From Chrysomallon squamiferum (lineage: Eukaryota; Animalia; Mollusca): DNA of 64,000 bases. The notes under the pieces were generated by a model. It searched no databases and was not told where the DNA came from. It saw only the letters and a program-made list of their open reading frames with translations. Shown in pieces: positions 1 to 14,988 of this stretch; within the stretch, counting starts at the first letter, position 1, and each line of letters starts with the position of its first letter. Where the stretch lies: positions 3,968,001 through 4,032,000 of the forward strand of contig CM022669.1 of the NCBI GenBank assembly GCA_012295275.1. The letters run 5' to 3'. A program made the translations under genes and the position numbers.

Positions 1-1276
1 TCAGTTGTTGAAATGTAAAACGTAATTATTATTATCGTAATGGCGTCCGAACGATTGAAAAGATTGAACTTGGAAGTAAATTATATGTCAAGGCCTATGG
101 TATTCAGGTTAACCACAAACAGAGAAGGCAGGTCTATTAAATTAAACCTTAATCATTGTTATGTAGTCGGAGTTGTGGACAAAATAAAGATTAGATACTG
201 CCACTTGCTATTGTTGATCAAGAAACATGGAGTGCAGTTTGTTGCATTATCACAGTACGGCAGTGACAGAAAACAATCAACGGTTTGTCATTTGGAAACA
301 AAGTTGATCAAATGTCTGATGAAATCACGTAATTATTCTGTCAGCCTCTCAGTCTGTTGTAAATTGAATGTCTAACATTCAATTTTTGTCTTATCAGAAA
401 TTTGGATGTTAAATTAGTTAATCATAATGATAATGCCTCGAATATAAATGATACTACATGTAACAATCAATTTTCTAGTACTGTCATTTATTAATTTAAA
501 TAACATTTATGGCTGTGAAGGAAAACTAAATATTTAAAATTGACAATATATATATATATATACATTGTTATTATTTATTTTATTAATTTTTTTAATAATA
601 TATGCATTATTTTATATTGAAATGCTGCTTTCCAATAACTGTCATAATACATATCAACAAAAAAAAACCCAACTCCATCTACAGTAATCAACAATAATAT
701 ATATTTACTTCTATATATATATATATATCTTTCTACTAATGCTAAAAAAAAAGTACAGATACATATTTAAATAAAACAAGTTTAATTTTTAAGGTATTTC
801 ATTTTAATTACACCAGCTAAAAAGAGAGAAAAAAGTAAAAATACCTGTATAAATAATAACAGTCGGGTTTAATGTACTAAGTTTTAGTCAGATTACACTT
901 ATTATGACAAAATATGTAATTCACTTATTTAAGAAATGTAATAAATCATACAGTAACTGAAATAAGAAAATTGCAGTTCCCCTATTAGTTCATTTTACCT
1001 TGGTTAAATTTTATAAAATGTATATAAATAAGTTGTTTGATTATTTGTAACTCTTAAACCAAACCTTTAAGATGGAAAAACATCTAAATATATCCTGCAT
1101 TTCTTCTGACTTACATTTATTTGTTATTTAAGTGGCATTTAAATGTTTTATATGAATGTTATTTAATTATTACTCTTAATTATAATCAATATGTCAGCCA
1201 AAACAAAAACATAATAACTTGAAAGTGTGAAAAAGAATTTTCTTAGACTGCCAGAGATACAGTCTAAGTCTTGTTT

Positions 1277-1953
1277 TCAGAAAATAATGTGATCTAATTT
1301 TTCCTCTTCAATATTCAGACACTCAAGTTGAAGATATGGATGACATCGTGTTTCAAAAGTTGCAAGTCCTGTAGTGATGGTTTTTAACAAAAATTCTGAA
1401 AATAAAACAAATATATAAAATTAACATTAAAAAGTAAGTAAAAATAATGTAATATTAAATAGAAACAACTGGAAACGTAATAAAATGCATCAGATTAAAT
1501 TATTGTGAAGATTTACTGTTTCATATACTTAGTGAATTGCCTAATTGTAGTTTGTGATTGGTACAAAAAAACAAAACAAAAAACATGTTATGTGATCCCA
1601 AACTTATTCCAAACATCTTGAGGTTAATCAACTTGTAATTATAAACTTGTTAAATAATTTGTTATCTACATGTCCGTAAATATCATTAATTAATTATCAG
1701 ATCTGAACTTTATCATTATAAAATGGAATGTGACATATGAATTGAATTATTAAAAAAACAACCAAGGGACTTGATATGGCACAACATATGACACAAAATA
1801 AAATATGTCATGGTTAACACTTAAGAATTATACATGAAGAATATTTAGAGAATAATTAAAAATGCTGCAACAAAAATTAAGATTTAAAATCAGCAGTTTT
1901 GTATTTTGTTTTAAAAAAGAATATAAAAACAAAAATAAAATTAAATTAAAAAA

Positions 1954-1988
<35 letters not shown>

Positions 1989-4900
1989 CAACAACAATAA
2001 TAAAATATGTTATAAAATTTTTCAAAAAAATTAATAAAGAAATAAATATCTTAAAATTACATAGCTTAAAATATTAAAACACTGCCCCCACTCTGTCAGA
2101 ATAATTAATTTTCAATGTATGTAATAAAATACCTTGTAAGGTACTATAGAATATGTATATAAGACGAAAAAAAAGAAAATGTGCATCTTATGGCACTGTA
2201 AAATGTTTAAAAATTTAATAAAAGCTTGGTAAGTTATTAAAACAACCATAGGACACATTTTTACTGAAGTAATATGGCAGAGTGAAAGGTAACGCACCAT
2301 CTATTGTCAAGTTGTTGATATTCATTGATCCACGCTTAACTCTCATGTAAACACATCTTTTCACTTGGAAGCTGTCACAAAGCAGCATAAGAAAACTTTT
2401 CACAGGTGAATCAACTTGATTATATCCAGAAAACTATAAATAAAGCACCAATATTAGCAATGAGTGGGTGTGTTTATGCATGTGCATGTGTGTGTATGTC
2501 AGTGTGTGCATTTATTTATTTATTTATCTTTTTATTTTATTATATTTTATTTTATTTTATTTTATTTGTATTCCATAAAATCCAGTGAATATCGAACACT
2601 CTCATTATAGTTAACACATTTTTTCAAAGTTATTTTTTAATTAATACCGGCTTTAATAAATTAACGAGATGTTAAAATTACTTGATTAACAAAAATCTCT
2701 CCCTGCTGCTGAAGAACTGTCTGAAGATCCTGCCATTCTTCATGAGATAAACACAGAAGTCTGCGAACAAGATCAGCACTGCGAAATGAAACCACAGCAG
2801 AAGCACTTCCATCATCAACCAGAACACTTTACAAGTAAAATAAACCAATAAATAAATAAATAAATAAGTAAATAAACAAATAAGTAAACAGAATAATAAA
2901 TAAAAAATGGCAGACAGGAATAATCTAAAAAGTACTATCTTTATTTTTATAAATGGATATTTGTACTAAAATGTTTTTAAAAATAATAAGAAATTATTCA
3001 GAAACGAAACCTAAATATTTTCAAAACTTAATAAAAAAAATATATATTCAGAAGCTTATGAATAATAACATGCTTTCATTTCAGTAATAAAATAACAACA
3101 GTTTAATATCAAACCTGGCTTGTGCGGATGCTTCTGATGAACTGATGCTACTGGCACATGCTTTGAGAGTAGAACTTGAGTTGTAACCTGTAGGTACCAT
3201 GCGTAAAGACAGTTTCATGAATGTGCAGATGTGACAGTTGACTTGAAAATGTCCTGGTGTAGAGTTATTGTACAAATCTGCTAGAAACAGTGGCTTAGAT
3301 ATTAGAACTTCATCTTTAAATGTGTGCAGTGCTGGCTGTGATAACAAACTAAAAAAAAAAAACAAAAAAACATTCATCACATAATAAATTTCCTGTTCCA
3401 ACTTTTAAATTGGCTTCTCACATGTAAATTGCTATTTTTTGGTAAATTCCTATTCCAACTTGTGGCTCCTTAGTGGCTATGACATGGATTTTGATACTAG
3501 CTTGTGCACCAAAACTGGCAAATCATATGCTGTAAAAACTGTTTACTGTTTACAGCAAATTCCCAATCTAGCCAGCACCACAAGATGTATGCATTATATC
3601 TATGGCAAAATGCTTATAAACACTTCCACATTTCTCACTGATAAAAGTAGCCCCTGAATGGCAGTTGTGGATAATCACTCTCATGAATGTTATTATATTT
3701 AAAAAAAAAAAAAATAAAAAAAGTGTTAAACTTGATGCAAATAAATATTCCCTGTGATGTTAAATGGTCATCAACAGATTTAAACACAGATTTTTTAAAT
3801 AAAAAAAATGAAGGTAGGAAATAAATTAACATTTATCGATTTAAATTACAATTTAATATCAATTCTTAGCCAAGTTCCTGCTAAAACAAATTAAATGTTT
3901 TACTGTAAGTGTTTTATCTATCACAGTAACAGGTGCACCCCCCACACACACACACAAACACACAACAGAACTTTGTGTAATCTATTTACCTAGAAGTATC
4001 TGAATGGATTTTAAACACGGACACAGTGGACACTGGGATGAACAGACAGTACACTGTACCAGCTGCTGACAGGTGTCTTTCCAGGCGAGTAAACATCACA
4101 CCCGCACCAGGTACCAGTCCCAGGGGATAGGACAGATTAGTCAGGTTCATGTAGACACACACAGAACTAGTCTGACTCGCACCAACCTGAACACACAGAC
4201 TTGTACCATACATCACTGATATACCTGCAATTGTAATCATTATGATCTTTTTAAATTACATAAAGGTTTACCATCATAACAGATATACCTGCAGTTATAT
4301 TTATTATAATAATAATTATCATCATCTTAATAGTAATAACCATAATAATCAATATATTTTTAAAAAATTACATGTATATAAGTTTTCATTCATCACAAAT
4401 TGTTTTGCAATTATAATCATCATTGCTATTATAATAATTATTTTTATGACAAACATTTCAGTTGTTAATATTTTTAAAAAGTAATATCAAAATTTGTTTA
4501 TTTATATATTTTATTTTAATCTATTCTATTCTGTTTTTTTATTTTAACTTTATTAAAAATGTATATAAAAAAAATTGTTTAAAATGTAAGTAAACTGATG
4601 TCTGTAACTTAGTGGCATTTCTGATGATGTTGCTAAATTAACAAAATGTTTAATTTGCCAAAACATCTTTTTGATATTTACTGATGGAATACTACTTTTA
4701 CATTACCCTAAATAAAAAGAAATGAATTTAAAAAAATACAATACAAAAAAAAAAAAAAAAAAATAAATGTAAGGGATATAAAATAATATCCTCCTCCATT
4801 CAATCATATGATTTTATTACTGGCATTCAGTTAAATTAACCTAGTAATTCTGTATGATGAGAAATTTAACATCTGAAACAACAGGTATTGACTTAAGATA

Positions 4901-5282
4901 TGATTATTTTCAACAAACCTGATGTTTTATTTCTGTTGTCTTGTTCATCACTGCTGCACATTTTAAACACCTTTGTGTCAGGCAAATGTTTCCTGGACAA
5001 AATCATACCCTTAATACTCACCAAAGTACCTGAAAAACTATAAAAAACAATATTTAAGGATATTATTAATTTATAAAATATTGTTACAAAAGAAAATATT
5101 TCATAAATTTTTCTATCTGTTAAAAACCTATTTTTTTAATTTCTTATTTATTTATTTATTTATTTATTTACTGTTTTTGTTGTTAGTGAACCTTTTAAAT
5201 TATAATTTTCTTCATCATTATAATTCTTTCAAATTATCATTAGCATCATCCTTATCATTATAATTTTTTCATTTAATTATTA

Positions 5283-5314
<32 letters not shown>

Positions 5315-5837
5315 TTTTACTTTTTGTTTTCTTCTTTTGGACGTTTAAATAAATGTTGAAACAAACAATAATTATAGCAACATCTTAATACATTATTAAC
5401 AATAACAGTCAGTGAACAAGTGGTTGTGAAACTTGTTTTCTGTTACTCTGAGGTCAACTCTTAGGAATGAACAGCAAGGTCTCTTTTTCAAACACTATTC
5501 CATAAACAAAAATGCATATACATTCATATGTGGATAAACTGACTATAGGAAATTGCACAGTAAGGGGCTGATCCTGGATTATACTGAACTTCAGGACAAC
5601 ACTATTCTTTGATCGAACTACTAAATTATTATAAATGTCAATATAATTTGGACAGCAAAATATTAAATACAAACCAAACCTTTCAGCTAATATTTCCTTC
5701 ACTGTGACAAATGGGGCTGGTTCAAATTTTGGTCTGATTTCCTAAAGGTTAAACAAATTTACTGTTAATAAAATACATTTAGATAAATCTTCAAATGAAC
5801 AAAAATAAAAATAAAAATAAAAATAACTTAATAATAA

Positions 5838-5868
<31 letters not shown>

Positions 5869-8800
5869 TTCATGACAATTAAGTAATTAAAATATACATT
5901 ATTATCAGTAACTGCATAACTGCATAATAAAGGAAGACCTGTGCCAGTTGTACAATAAGCTGCTTTTTTTTTTTGATATTGGCAAAGGATCTTTTATATT
6001 CACATTATAACATTATAACATACGACATATTCAAATAGTTTTCTGAGTAGACAGAAGAATGCAAAAAAGCCATTAGTTATCCCAAGCAAATAAATAAAGA
6101 TTGGTTTCAAATTAGATTAACATTTTCTACATACATTGCTATAGGTATTCAGCTAGCAAATAATTAAAGCTCAGAATAATTAGTCAAATTTTAAAAATAA
6201 AGTTGGTATAATAACACAAAATATACAAAATGAGGAAACATACTTTAGAAAATTCTTTTAGAATGACTTTTTCAATATTAATATCTTCATCAGCTTCAAA
6301 ACACATCCTGGCTTTGGAAAATTCAACAGCTTTCTTTATCTTTGCTTCATAAAAGTTTGTAGCTTTAAACACAGGCTTGTTTGTCTCGGCTCTAAGTCTG
6401 TAAAATGTCTCTGTTTCCAAGGAATCGTACCATCTGACAGATTTGCCTGAGAACACCAACACTACTGGTTTAAACTTGTGTTCAGTCCTGACATCACACA
6501 CAGAATTCTTTCCACCATCATCTGATATTCTCTGAGGGATTTTTGAATTGAATGATTCACAATCTGACGTTCTGTTTGAGTTTTCAGAACTTGGTAATTC
6601 TTTTAACGATACACAATTTGCCATTTCTGAATTGTATGGCTCATTAGCTGATATTCTGCTTTTGGTTTCACAACTGGATGGGTCATCAAGTGATATTCTT
6701 CTTTTGGTTTCAGATCTAGATGGCTCATTCGTTGATATTCTGTTTTTGATTTCTGAACCAGCTAAATCACAACCATGTGTCATTATTTTGACTTTTTCTT
6801 GCCTGAAAAAAGATTCCGTTAGTTCAGACTCATCGACAAAATAACCAAGAAGAGAGAATCCCAGTGACACACCAGAACTGAAAGATTTAACCATCAGAGA
6901 TTCTAAATGAGTGACATACACCAGCTGAGAGTTTCTTTCAGAGAACTCCTTACCGCTCACACCCAAACCTTCACCATCATCAGTCTTTAATAAGTTTGGA
7001 GAAAGTTTAGTTTTGACATTACTTTTCACTGGAGTAGCAAGAACAGTACAATCTGTCAAACACAGCTGTAAATATATCACATAATTTGACTGAGGCGTCG
7101 ATACTTCAACCCTGCCTAACTGTGTCACTGGTTCACACACAGCACCACTGTACTCAGATACAACATTTTCAGTTATGATTTCACCTTTATTTACACCTAC
7201 AAAACATTTATTCAGTCCTGGCTGAGCTCTAGGACATGCTATAGGTTTTCCAGGTGAGATCTGAAGACAAGATTCGTCACAGGTGTGTTTGTGAGACACC
7301 TGAGGACACACAACTATGTCCATTCTTCCTGTGTCATCTGACAGGGTCAGATGTCCAGAGTCAGGAGAAAACTCAAATAATCCAACAAGAATCTGGAAAA
7401 AAAAAGAATGTAATGTTATTTTAAATGGTGAATGATAAATTCAACACAATGATATTTGAATGTGTGCATAAATGTTTGCACGAGAACATCTCAGATATTA
7501 ATTATATAACCTATGTTTTGTGATAAAAACTTTAAAAAATACTTCGAAGTTCAAAAGTAGGTATATATTATTTATCAATTTTATAATCTATGTTTGGTGA
7601 TAAAAAAATAAAAAAATACTTCAGAAGTTCAAAAGTAGGTATATACTATATACCCTGTGATAGAGACTGTAATAGTGAAACTTCTGGAACTTGTAAAGTA
7701 GGAACATACTGCATCCCATGTTCCGATTTATGTAAACTTTAATACAGCAATTCCTTACCTGTTGAGGATTCTTCCCAATGACCTGAGGGAGATAACTCCA
7801 GCTATGCTGTTTACTGTAGGTGTGTTCAGAAACTTCCTCAGAAGAGTACATACTATTTAGGGTATCAGGGTTTGTTTCCAGACTTTTAGCTGAATGTATC
7901 AACTTTCTGATTTCTTGCAGCATGGGTATTCTTCTACTGGATGACTGGAATACGGTGAAGAAAATAGTTTGTGTATTACAACATCCTGACATAATTTTAA
8001 TACAGTATTTAATTGCTTTTAATAAATATTATTGTACATAGTTTTGATTTATTGGTACCAAATCACTGGCTGCTGTGCGACTTACTTCCAAATCAAAGTA
8101 ACAAAACTTCACTGTTTTATCATAATTATTATGATAATACTCAAAAATTATAACCCCTTTCCTTTTTAATTTAAAATCAATTTCTCCAAATAATTCCATG
8201 ACTAATTTCATAATAAAAACATTTCTCTTAAGCTAAATAATAATCTATGTATTTAAAACAGAAATTATATTTGCTACATCTTCATCTTAACTAACAAAGT
8301 AAAATACCTCCAGTTCTGTTATCAGACAATGATGAGGAGCACTCAAAAACTCAGCAACCAGATTTCGTGAAGTCGTTTTCTCCATGTAACAAAATGATGA
8401 TATAATTTGGAACATCACATCTTCAGTTTGTCTGTTGTCCCTGCAAATATTCAGTTCTGATTTTGAAAATATCATCTGCATTTTTATAAGGAAATATCTT
8501 GCATAATTTAACAAGTAATATAAAATTTTTAAACCTACTGTATAAATTTTCATTTTAAAAATAGTACTGCAGTAATAAAAGTGCATTCATTTAAATTAAG
8601 TAAAATTTTATGAAAAAGATGGACTGATTTTATGTTGGAGGTAGATCTTACACAGCTACATGGTATCTGAAACCAAACATGTATATCACAATACTAATTA
8701 TATTAGCTGTAACTTATAAACATAAAATCCAAATAGGATTTTACTGGTGAGTTCTTTTTAACTGCCATGCTAAAATAACAGAAAAATGAATAGAATATAC

Positions 8801-11800
8801 TACTTCAGTTGTATGTGATCTTAAGATCAATATTAATATTTATACCTTTAGTGGTATGAACTAAAATTAATGGTCTAAATGCATGTATAGTTTTGTCTAT
8901 GAAACAATATTATTAAATAAAACAACTGCAAAGATGAGAAATGGAAATATTCAGTAAAAATCATTGCTATTCTTTATTGTTAGAAAAGACTGGTTGTTAC
9001 ACATAGAAAACACTGAAAGTATTCTTTAAAAAAGTATTTAAACTGTTTGTACCTATAAAAAACATACTTTGAATGATCTGTTTATCAGTAATGTAAAATG
9101 TAAACTAAGAATGAATTCTGTTAAGATATTTAAGCAATACTAGTTACTAAAATTCCAGACATACTTAGTTTTGTTGTTAATTCTTTGAATCATGTTTAGT
9201 AGACTGTTGATCTCACTGCCATTCAGACCATACATCACAATAATCTGTACTACTGGATTATTTGGTGAAAACTGAGATACCTGCAGTGAAACAGAAATTA
9301 GGTGTGAAAATTCAAGAAAAAGGGCTCTATGATTATCTTAAGTTATCGAATACTTTTCCCTGGTTTTTGTATTTTTTCACTGCAATGTTTAGATTTGCTA
9401 TAGACAACTATTACTAAATGTAAGGATTATAATAAATTTACATCATTATAAAAGGGTGTTTTTTTTGTTTATTTGTTGTTTAGTTTGTACAAATCATGCT
9501 ATGAAGATCTTGCAGACTGAATTCATCAAAATTAAAGAAATACATCAAGTAATTTGAAAGCATGATATATTACAAGACTATTTTTAGTTCCAACAAGCAA
9601 ACAATGATGATGTATCAAAGGCCATAGAGGTTCAAGTTTTTTCTTTTTCTCTTCTGTGGAAATATATTTATAAAACACCTTTTGTCTTGATGATAAACAC
9701 TGATCATATATTTGTGCCTGTATTTGTTTTTTTATAAACAGTATTAATTATAATTAATATTATAAATTTGCTGCTGACACTTTAAATACCTTTGTGAAAC
9801 TGGATGCTGAATCTGTGCACTCTTTAACAACTTTTATGCATGATTTTATACAGCACTGAAGATGAATTTGGCTTTCCTGAAAAGATTAAGAAAGTAATGA
9901 ATTCTAATATAGTAATTAGGAAGAAATATATATTTATATAAAATGTTATATTTTCTATACCAAATATTAGAGATAGAATGAATTCCTAAATTATTCATGT
10001 AACTACTTCTGGAAACAGAAATGTAAAACCAGAATAGCAGGTCAGATTAAGAAATATTCTTACTATAAAATGAAGATAAAATGAAAAAATATCAGCTGTC
10101 ATCCATTTTTATGAGATTATTATTTCATGTGCTTATTCTTTATTAGTTGAAAATATTATTTATTAAAAAAATACTGTCTGAAATAATTCATGTAGTGAAA
10201 TTTAATTTATACATTTAAGACAGTATATACGGCCCCAGTGTAAAATATATTGTCATTGTTGTTTTGAAATGTTAATTTTTACCTTTGAAGATTCTTCTTG
10301 GTGTGCATTATAGACTGTAATCTGAGTTCCAACTTTTAAAAAATTAAACTTGTGACTGGCAGGAATTGAACTCACATGCAATCTAAAAACATTTAAAGAT
10401 TATTATTATTATTATTATATGTTTTTAAACTAAGAATCATCATACATCGAGCTCTCTACTAACTGAAAATATTTATTAATTAAGACTTTTTGATATAGAA
10501 TCAAAATATATCTACTTCTCTACAATTTATTGATAACATAATTTATTATAAGTGGTAAAATGAATACTGAATTATCAACTATAAAAAATCTGCAATAAGA
10601 GTCACTTTCAAATTATTAATTATTATATTTTATTTCTTTTTTTAATATTTTGTAAAATATAGCTGAATTTAAATATTTATAAAGACTTATTCAATTCAAA
10701 AACCAATTTTCAAAACACAACACCACAAACACAAATAAACCAATGAAATATTAGTACATAAAATACATTTGGACTAGAAAATATTTAGAAAATTATACCC
10801 TATTTATAAATATATAAATTACTTTTATTTATGTTTTGTTCATAAAACCAATTACCTGATCTTCTTATCCAGTTCATAGATACCATATCTTGAATTAGCT
10901 GTACTAGTAACTGTTCCCTGCGAAAAAAAAAAAAAAACTTTTTTCTGAACGTTTTTTTTTTTATTCATCCCTATGGCTCCTGATTAAAATCAGTTCTAAT
11001 ATCGTTAAAAAAACATTTAATAAAGTTATAATCCAGAACTGGAGTTTTTTTTTTTTTTAGGATTTAGCACAAATAATAAGATATTATAAGTATGGAAATG
11101 TTCAATAAAAATATAAACCACAGAACAAATTAAAACTCAAATTAGAGGTTTTTTTTATTATGAATGCAAATTAGATGTGTACAAACATTAAAACAATATG
11201 TTTGGATGTGAAGTCTCACAATTTGACAGTTTTCGGGTGTTTATAGATTTAATAAAATATTACTAATGATAAAACAGAATAATCTTTTTCATAAAATAAT
11301 TTATTAATCTTATCACAAAAATTAAACATTACTAGCAATAAACAGACTTACATCAGGTGAAAAGGAAAGAATCATGACTTATTAAACAACCATCATAAAT
11401 TGGTAAGATCATGTTTCATACCTGATAAGAAACCAGTTGAATTCCATTCTCTGCTGTTTTTAATTTGGTCTCAATGCTTCCTTTGTCTTCAGTCTCTTGT
11501 CTCAAGTCAGTATACTTCATCAACCAATCCTAACAAATAAACATTATATCATTAGATAATAAAAACCATATTTTATTTTAATGAAAGTTACCAGCAACCA
11601 TAAATATGATTCTGACAAATTTAAGATTGTTCATTTCTAAAAATAAACCAAATATATTTGGTAAGTAAACACATCAACAACAAAAATAAGAACAACAGTA
11701 ATAACCATAATAATAATAAGACCAACAGTAATAACCATAATAATAAGAAGAATAACAACAGTAATAACCATAATAATAATAATAAGTTCAAGACTTTCTG

Positions 11801-13496
11801 TTTAACATGTATACAATAAATAAATAAAGAATATCTACATATTTTAAGGATTCAATTTCTAGTGTAAGGATTTAATTTCTTATAATTAACTGCTATATAA
11901 ATATGTATATCTGTATCTGTCTTGTATTATGTAATTAATCATTCTCACCTGTACAGGTATGATATTACTGTTTACTTTCTCTGCATGATACAGTTCACTG
12001 TCAACCCAGGGAACAAACACTCGAGTTGGAACAGCTATACCCTGAAATAATTAAAATCTTTTCAGTTTTTTCGAATGTATCAATTTTTAAAATGTCATTA
12101 TTAATAACTGAGATGAAATTAAAAATTATCAGCAGTATCTGTATCTGACAGAAAGAAAATAACAAATAAATAATCAAGATTAATAATAAAATAGCAATTT
12201 AGATTGATTAAACGTATTGTGTTTTGCATAGTTTGCTGAAATTAAAATCAACACAAAAGTAAAGTGTACAAACTTTGTGCAGTGTGGTTGGTCGAAGTTT
12301 GGTAAACACAAATTTCTGCTGAGGGAAGATTTGAGGCTGCCACAGTAGAAACTTTTCTTGCTGCAATAAATACAATACACTTAATTTACAAATCTGTCTC
12401 AGTGACATTTATGATATCTTCTTTTCTTAAATGTAGGTTTGTAAGCATTGTTGACCATAGATTTTGTGATAAGAGATAATAATATATCATGAACAAAAAA
12501 AACAAAAATTTCTATTTAAAACACTAACATTTAATACTGCATTAACAAAAACAAGCTTTATAAATTAATAATTGAAATAAGACTAACAAAAGTTTTCTAA
12601 AGAAATAAGATAATATTATAATGACAAAACAGTTTATTTTCAGTTCTGTTAAGAAAAAAAAAGAAGAAAAAAGCAGTATAAAAATATGTACTATTTGAAA
12701 TAAAAGTTTTAAGTAATCAGACACACATAAACTTAAATAAGGATAAACTAATACCATGACCACAATGAACACCTTCTCAAGTTCTATAATGAAAAGAAGA
12801 TTTTTCTTCACTCTGCAATCAAATAAACATTTTTAATAATCTTTAAAAGATTCAAAAAAAAATAATGAATAAATAAATAAATGAACCTTTCGTTTATTAA
12901 TTGTGATAATGATAATACTTCTTTCAAAGACTTTTGTTCACTTCGCAATAAAATAAACATTTCAAACAAATTTTTAAATACATGAAAATTAAAAAAGAAA
13001 ATGAATGAAATTTCCAATTTTCTTTAATAACATCTGAATAATTGATGATTTCATAATTATGTATCGAAATGGTTCCTCAATAGTGAGATCTGATTCATTA
13101 CACTTTTATGCATTAAAAAGTTTATAAAAGGAATATGTTTAAAGTAAATTACAACTTACTTAAATACTTCACTGACTGTTGATACTTGTCCACATATGTT
13201 AACCAGGCTTCCAGTGAGAAGTCTGTCTCTGAAATATAAAAATAAAATTTAAAATAGAAGCTGTATATCTTTCATGTTTATCTTCAGCACAATTTCATGA
13301 CTGATACATCCTTACAAACAGCCTACATTTCATTGTAAAAGTCTGTTTTGGAAGTTTTTTTCTACAATAAATCTCACATTAATGCATGGAATCAGATTTA
13401 TGTATAGACAGTAATATGAAGTAGTGAAATTTACTTGTAATGTAAGATCACTGCAGCATCATCACCAGACACCACATCTTCCACCACACTTGTCAT
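1277..13496 (-). CDS. CTC1: CST complex subunit CTC1 (copy 1), ~1119 aa, 20 coding exons
   Basis: Phase-consistent exons: 13496-13435, 13228-13160, 12812-12755, 12360-12274, 12041-11949, 11529-11422, 10917-10856, 10382-10283, 9876-9790, 9280-9165, 8440-8308, 7944-7759, 7392-6244, 5741-5680, 5037-4919, 4224-3990, 3348-3115, 2826-2682, 2433-2298, 1395-1277 (3360 nt, no internal stop). Motifs match CTC1 as recalled: LVSYQGTVT..YGIYELDKK, RNLVAEFLSAPHHC, GHLTLSDDTG, YPLGLVPGAGVMFTRLERHLSAAGTVYC, VLVDDGSASAVV. Confidence 0.9.
7510..7650. repeat. Intronic tandem duplication (~77-bp unit x2) in CTC1
   Basis: ctatgtt.tgtgataaaaa...aaaaaatacttc.gaagttcaaaagtaggtatat occurs twice; also present in copy 2 (~31163-31300). 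Confidence 0.75.
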
Positions 13497-13569
13497 GATG
13501 TTCTGTTAAAACACTTTCCTTCCATTATAGATTATCATTATGCACCAACTGAAAAGAAAGCAATCCTAA

Positions 13570-13607
<38 letters not shown>

Positions 13608-14235
13608 AAAAATAAGCTTAGAGTTAGGTAAAGTATAATATCGTTTCAGCAGAATAAAATGTATTTATTGTGTAATTAACTATGTTGATAATAAATTCCA
13701 TTGAGCTAATTTTGAAATTAAAATTAATTCATAGTGTGAAATACTGTGTACAGTTGCTGAAGTAATCATAATGACAAGATTTCTTTCACTGATTTATTGA
13801 AAAGCATAAAAAAAAAAAAAAAATTACGAAATTAAAACAAAATTTCTGCAACAAGATTTTTATTTAGGAACAGTTCATTCATGACTTAGAAAAAATAAAT
13901 GTTGAAGAACAATAAGGATATTAATTAATTATCTAAAATATAATTTATGCCAACGGAAAAATACACCATATAAATCATAATTAATGACTAAATTTAAATC
14001 AATAATTCATTAATTGTAAAATAAAAATATGATGAATAAACGTTAGTTAAACTTAAGGTTTAACTTTAAGCGATTTAAAGACTAAAGCTGCTAGCTACGA
14101 AATGAGGTAAAGAAAAAAATAACGTAATTCAGAATAAACCCGTAAAGCTTTGTCGTATAATTCAGCTGTATATATCAATTAATTATACAATATACATTTA
14201 CAACACTGTACCTTTTATGCCTGTCAAACTTCGCT

Positions 14236-14243
14236 TTTGGCGC
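14236..14243 (+). promoter_or_regulatory. E2F-like site (TTTGGCGC) at the CTC1 5' end, in the putative non-coding first exon
   Basis: Matches TTTSSCGC. Lies just upstream (minus sense) of a donor AAAAG|gtacag at ~14212 and is conserved in copy 2 (37865-37872). Plausible for a replication/telomere gene, but function is inferred. Confidence 0.4.
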
Positions 14244-14576
14244 GCACTGTTTGTCAACAAACTAATCGAAAATAAATATAAAAAGGGACAAAAATGACAT
14301 GTTTGACAAGTAACATAGCCTGCCAAGTATCGGTTAGTCGAACCTTTGATTTCTTAATCTTTTATATGTAGGATTTTGTTTAATTTTATTATTATTTTAT
14401 TTTTTCTTCTTCTTCACAAAATGAAATAGTGATAGTGCATGAAAACATTTATTTATGTATTTACTTACTATCTTACTTAATTATATTTGAAAACAAATTT
14501 ACGCCTCAAGTTAGTTCCGACTTTACTACACTTTAAATGAAAGTTTAAGTTTAATATTCTTATAATTTATTATTAT

Positions 14577-14640
<64 letters not shown>
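14577..14640. repeat. (TAG)n microsatellite
   Basis: Direct reading; longer allele at ~38204-38324. Confidence 0.95.
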
Positions 14641-14641
<1 letters not shown>

Positions 14642-14939
14642 ATGGTTACAAAATTGACAGGTACCAGTCTTTGCTGCTTAATGCGAAATCCTTAAACTGA
14701 TCTTAATGCCGTATTCATAAAAGTGTTTTTTTTTTTTTTTAATTTTATTTACAGACACAGAACTACAAACATGGTGAGATTTAGAACATAAACTGGAATT
14801 GTATTAGTTTATATAATTTTATCTATTTGTGTGAATCATTTATTAAAAGATAAATCAAATAAAATCCTTTGTTTAGTCATAGTATTAAATGACGTGAACT
14901 TGTAGTAATATGTTTGTTAATATGACGTAACTGATAACT

Positions 14940-14988
<49 letters not shown>

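Noticed and set aside
40-375. 111-aa ORF MASERLKRL... with an ATGGCG start and a CCAAT box upstream in copy 2
   Set aside because: Copy 2 has 1-nt and 7-nt deletions within the first 70 nt of the ORF; no recognisable motif or downstream exons.
5454-5679. ORF extension FGLYLIFCC...FIPKS as an extra CTC1 exon
   Set aside because: Intron read-through; exon 5741-5680 joins 5037 in frame, and copy 2 has a frameshifting deletion here.
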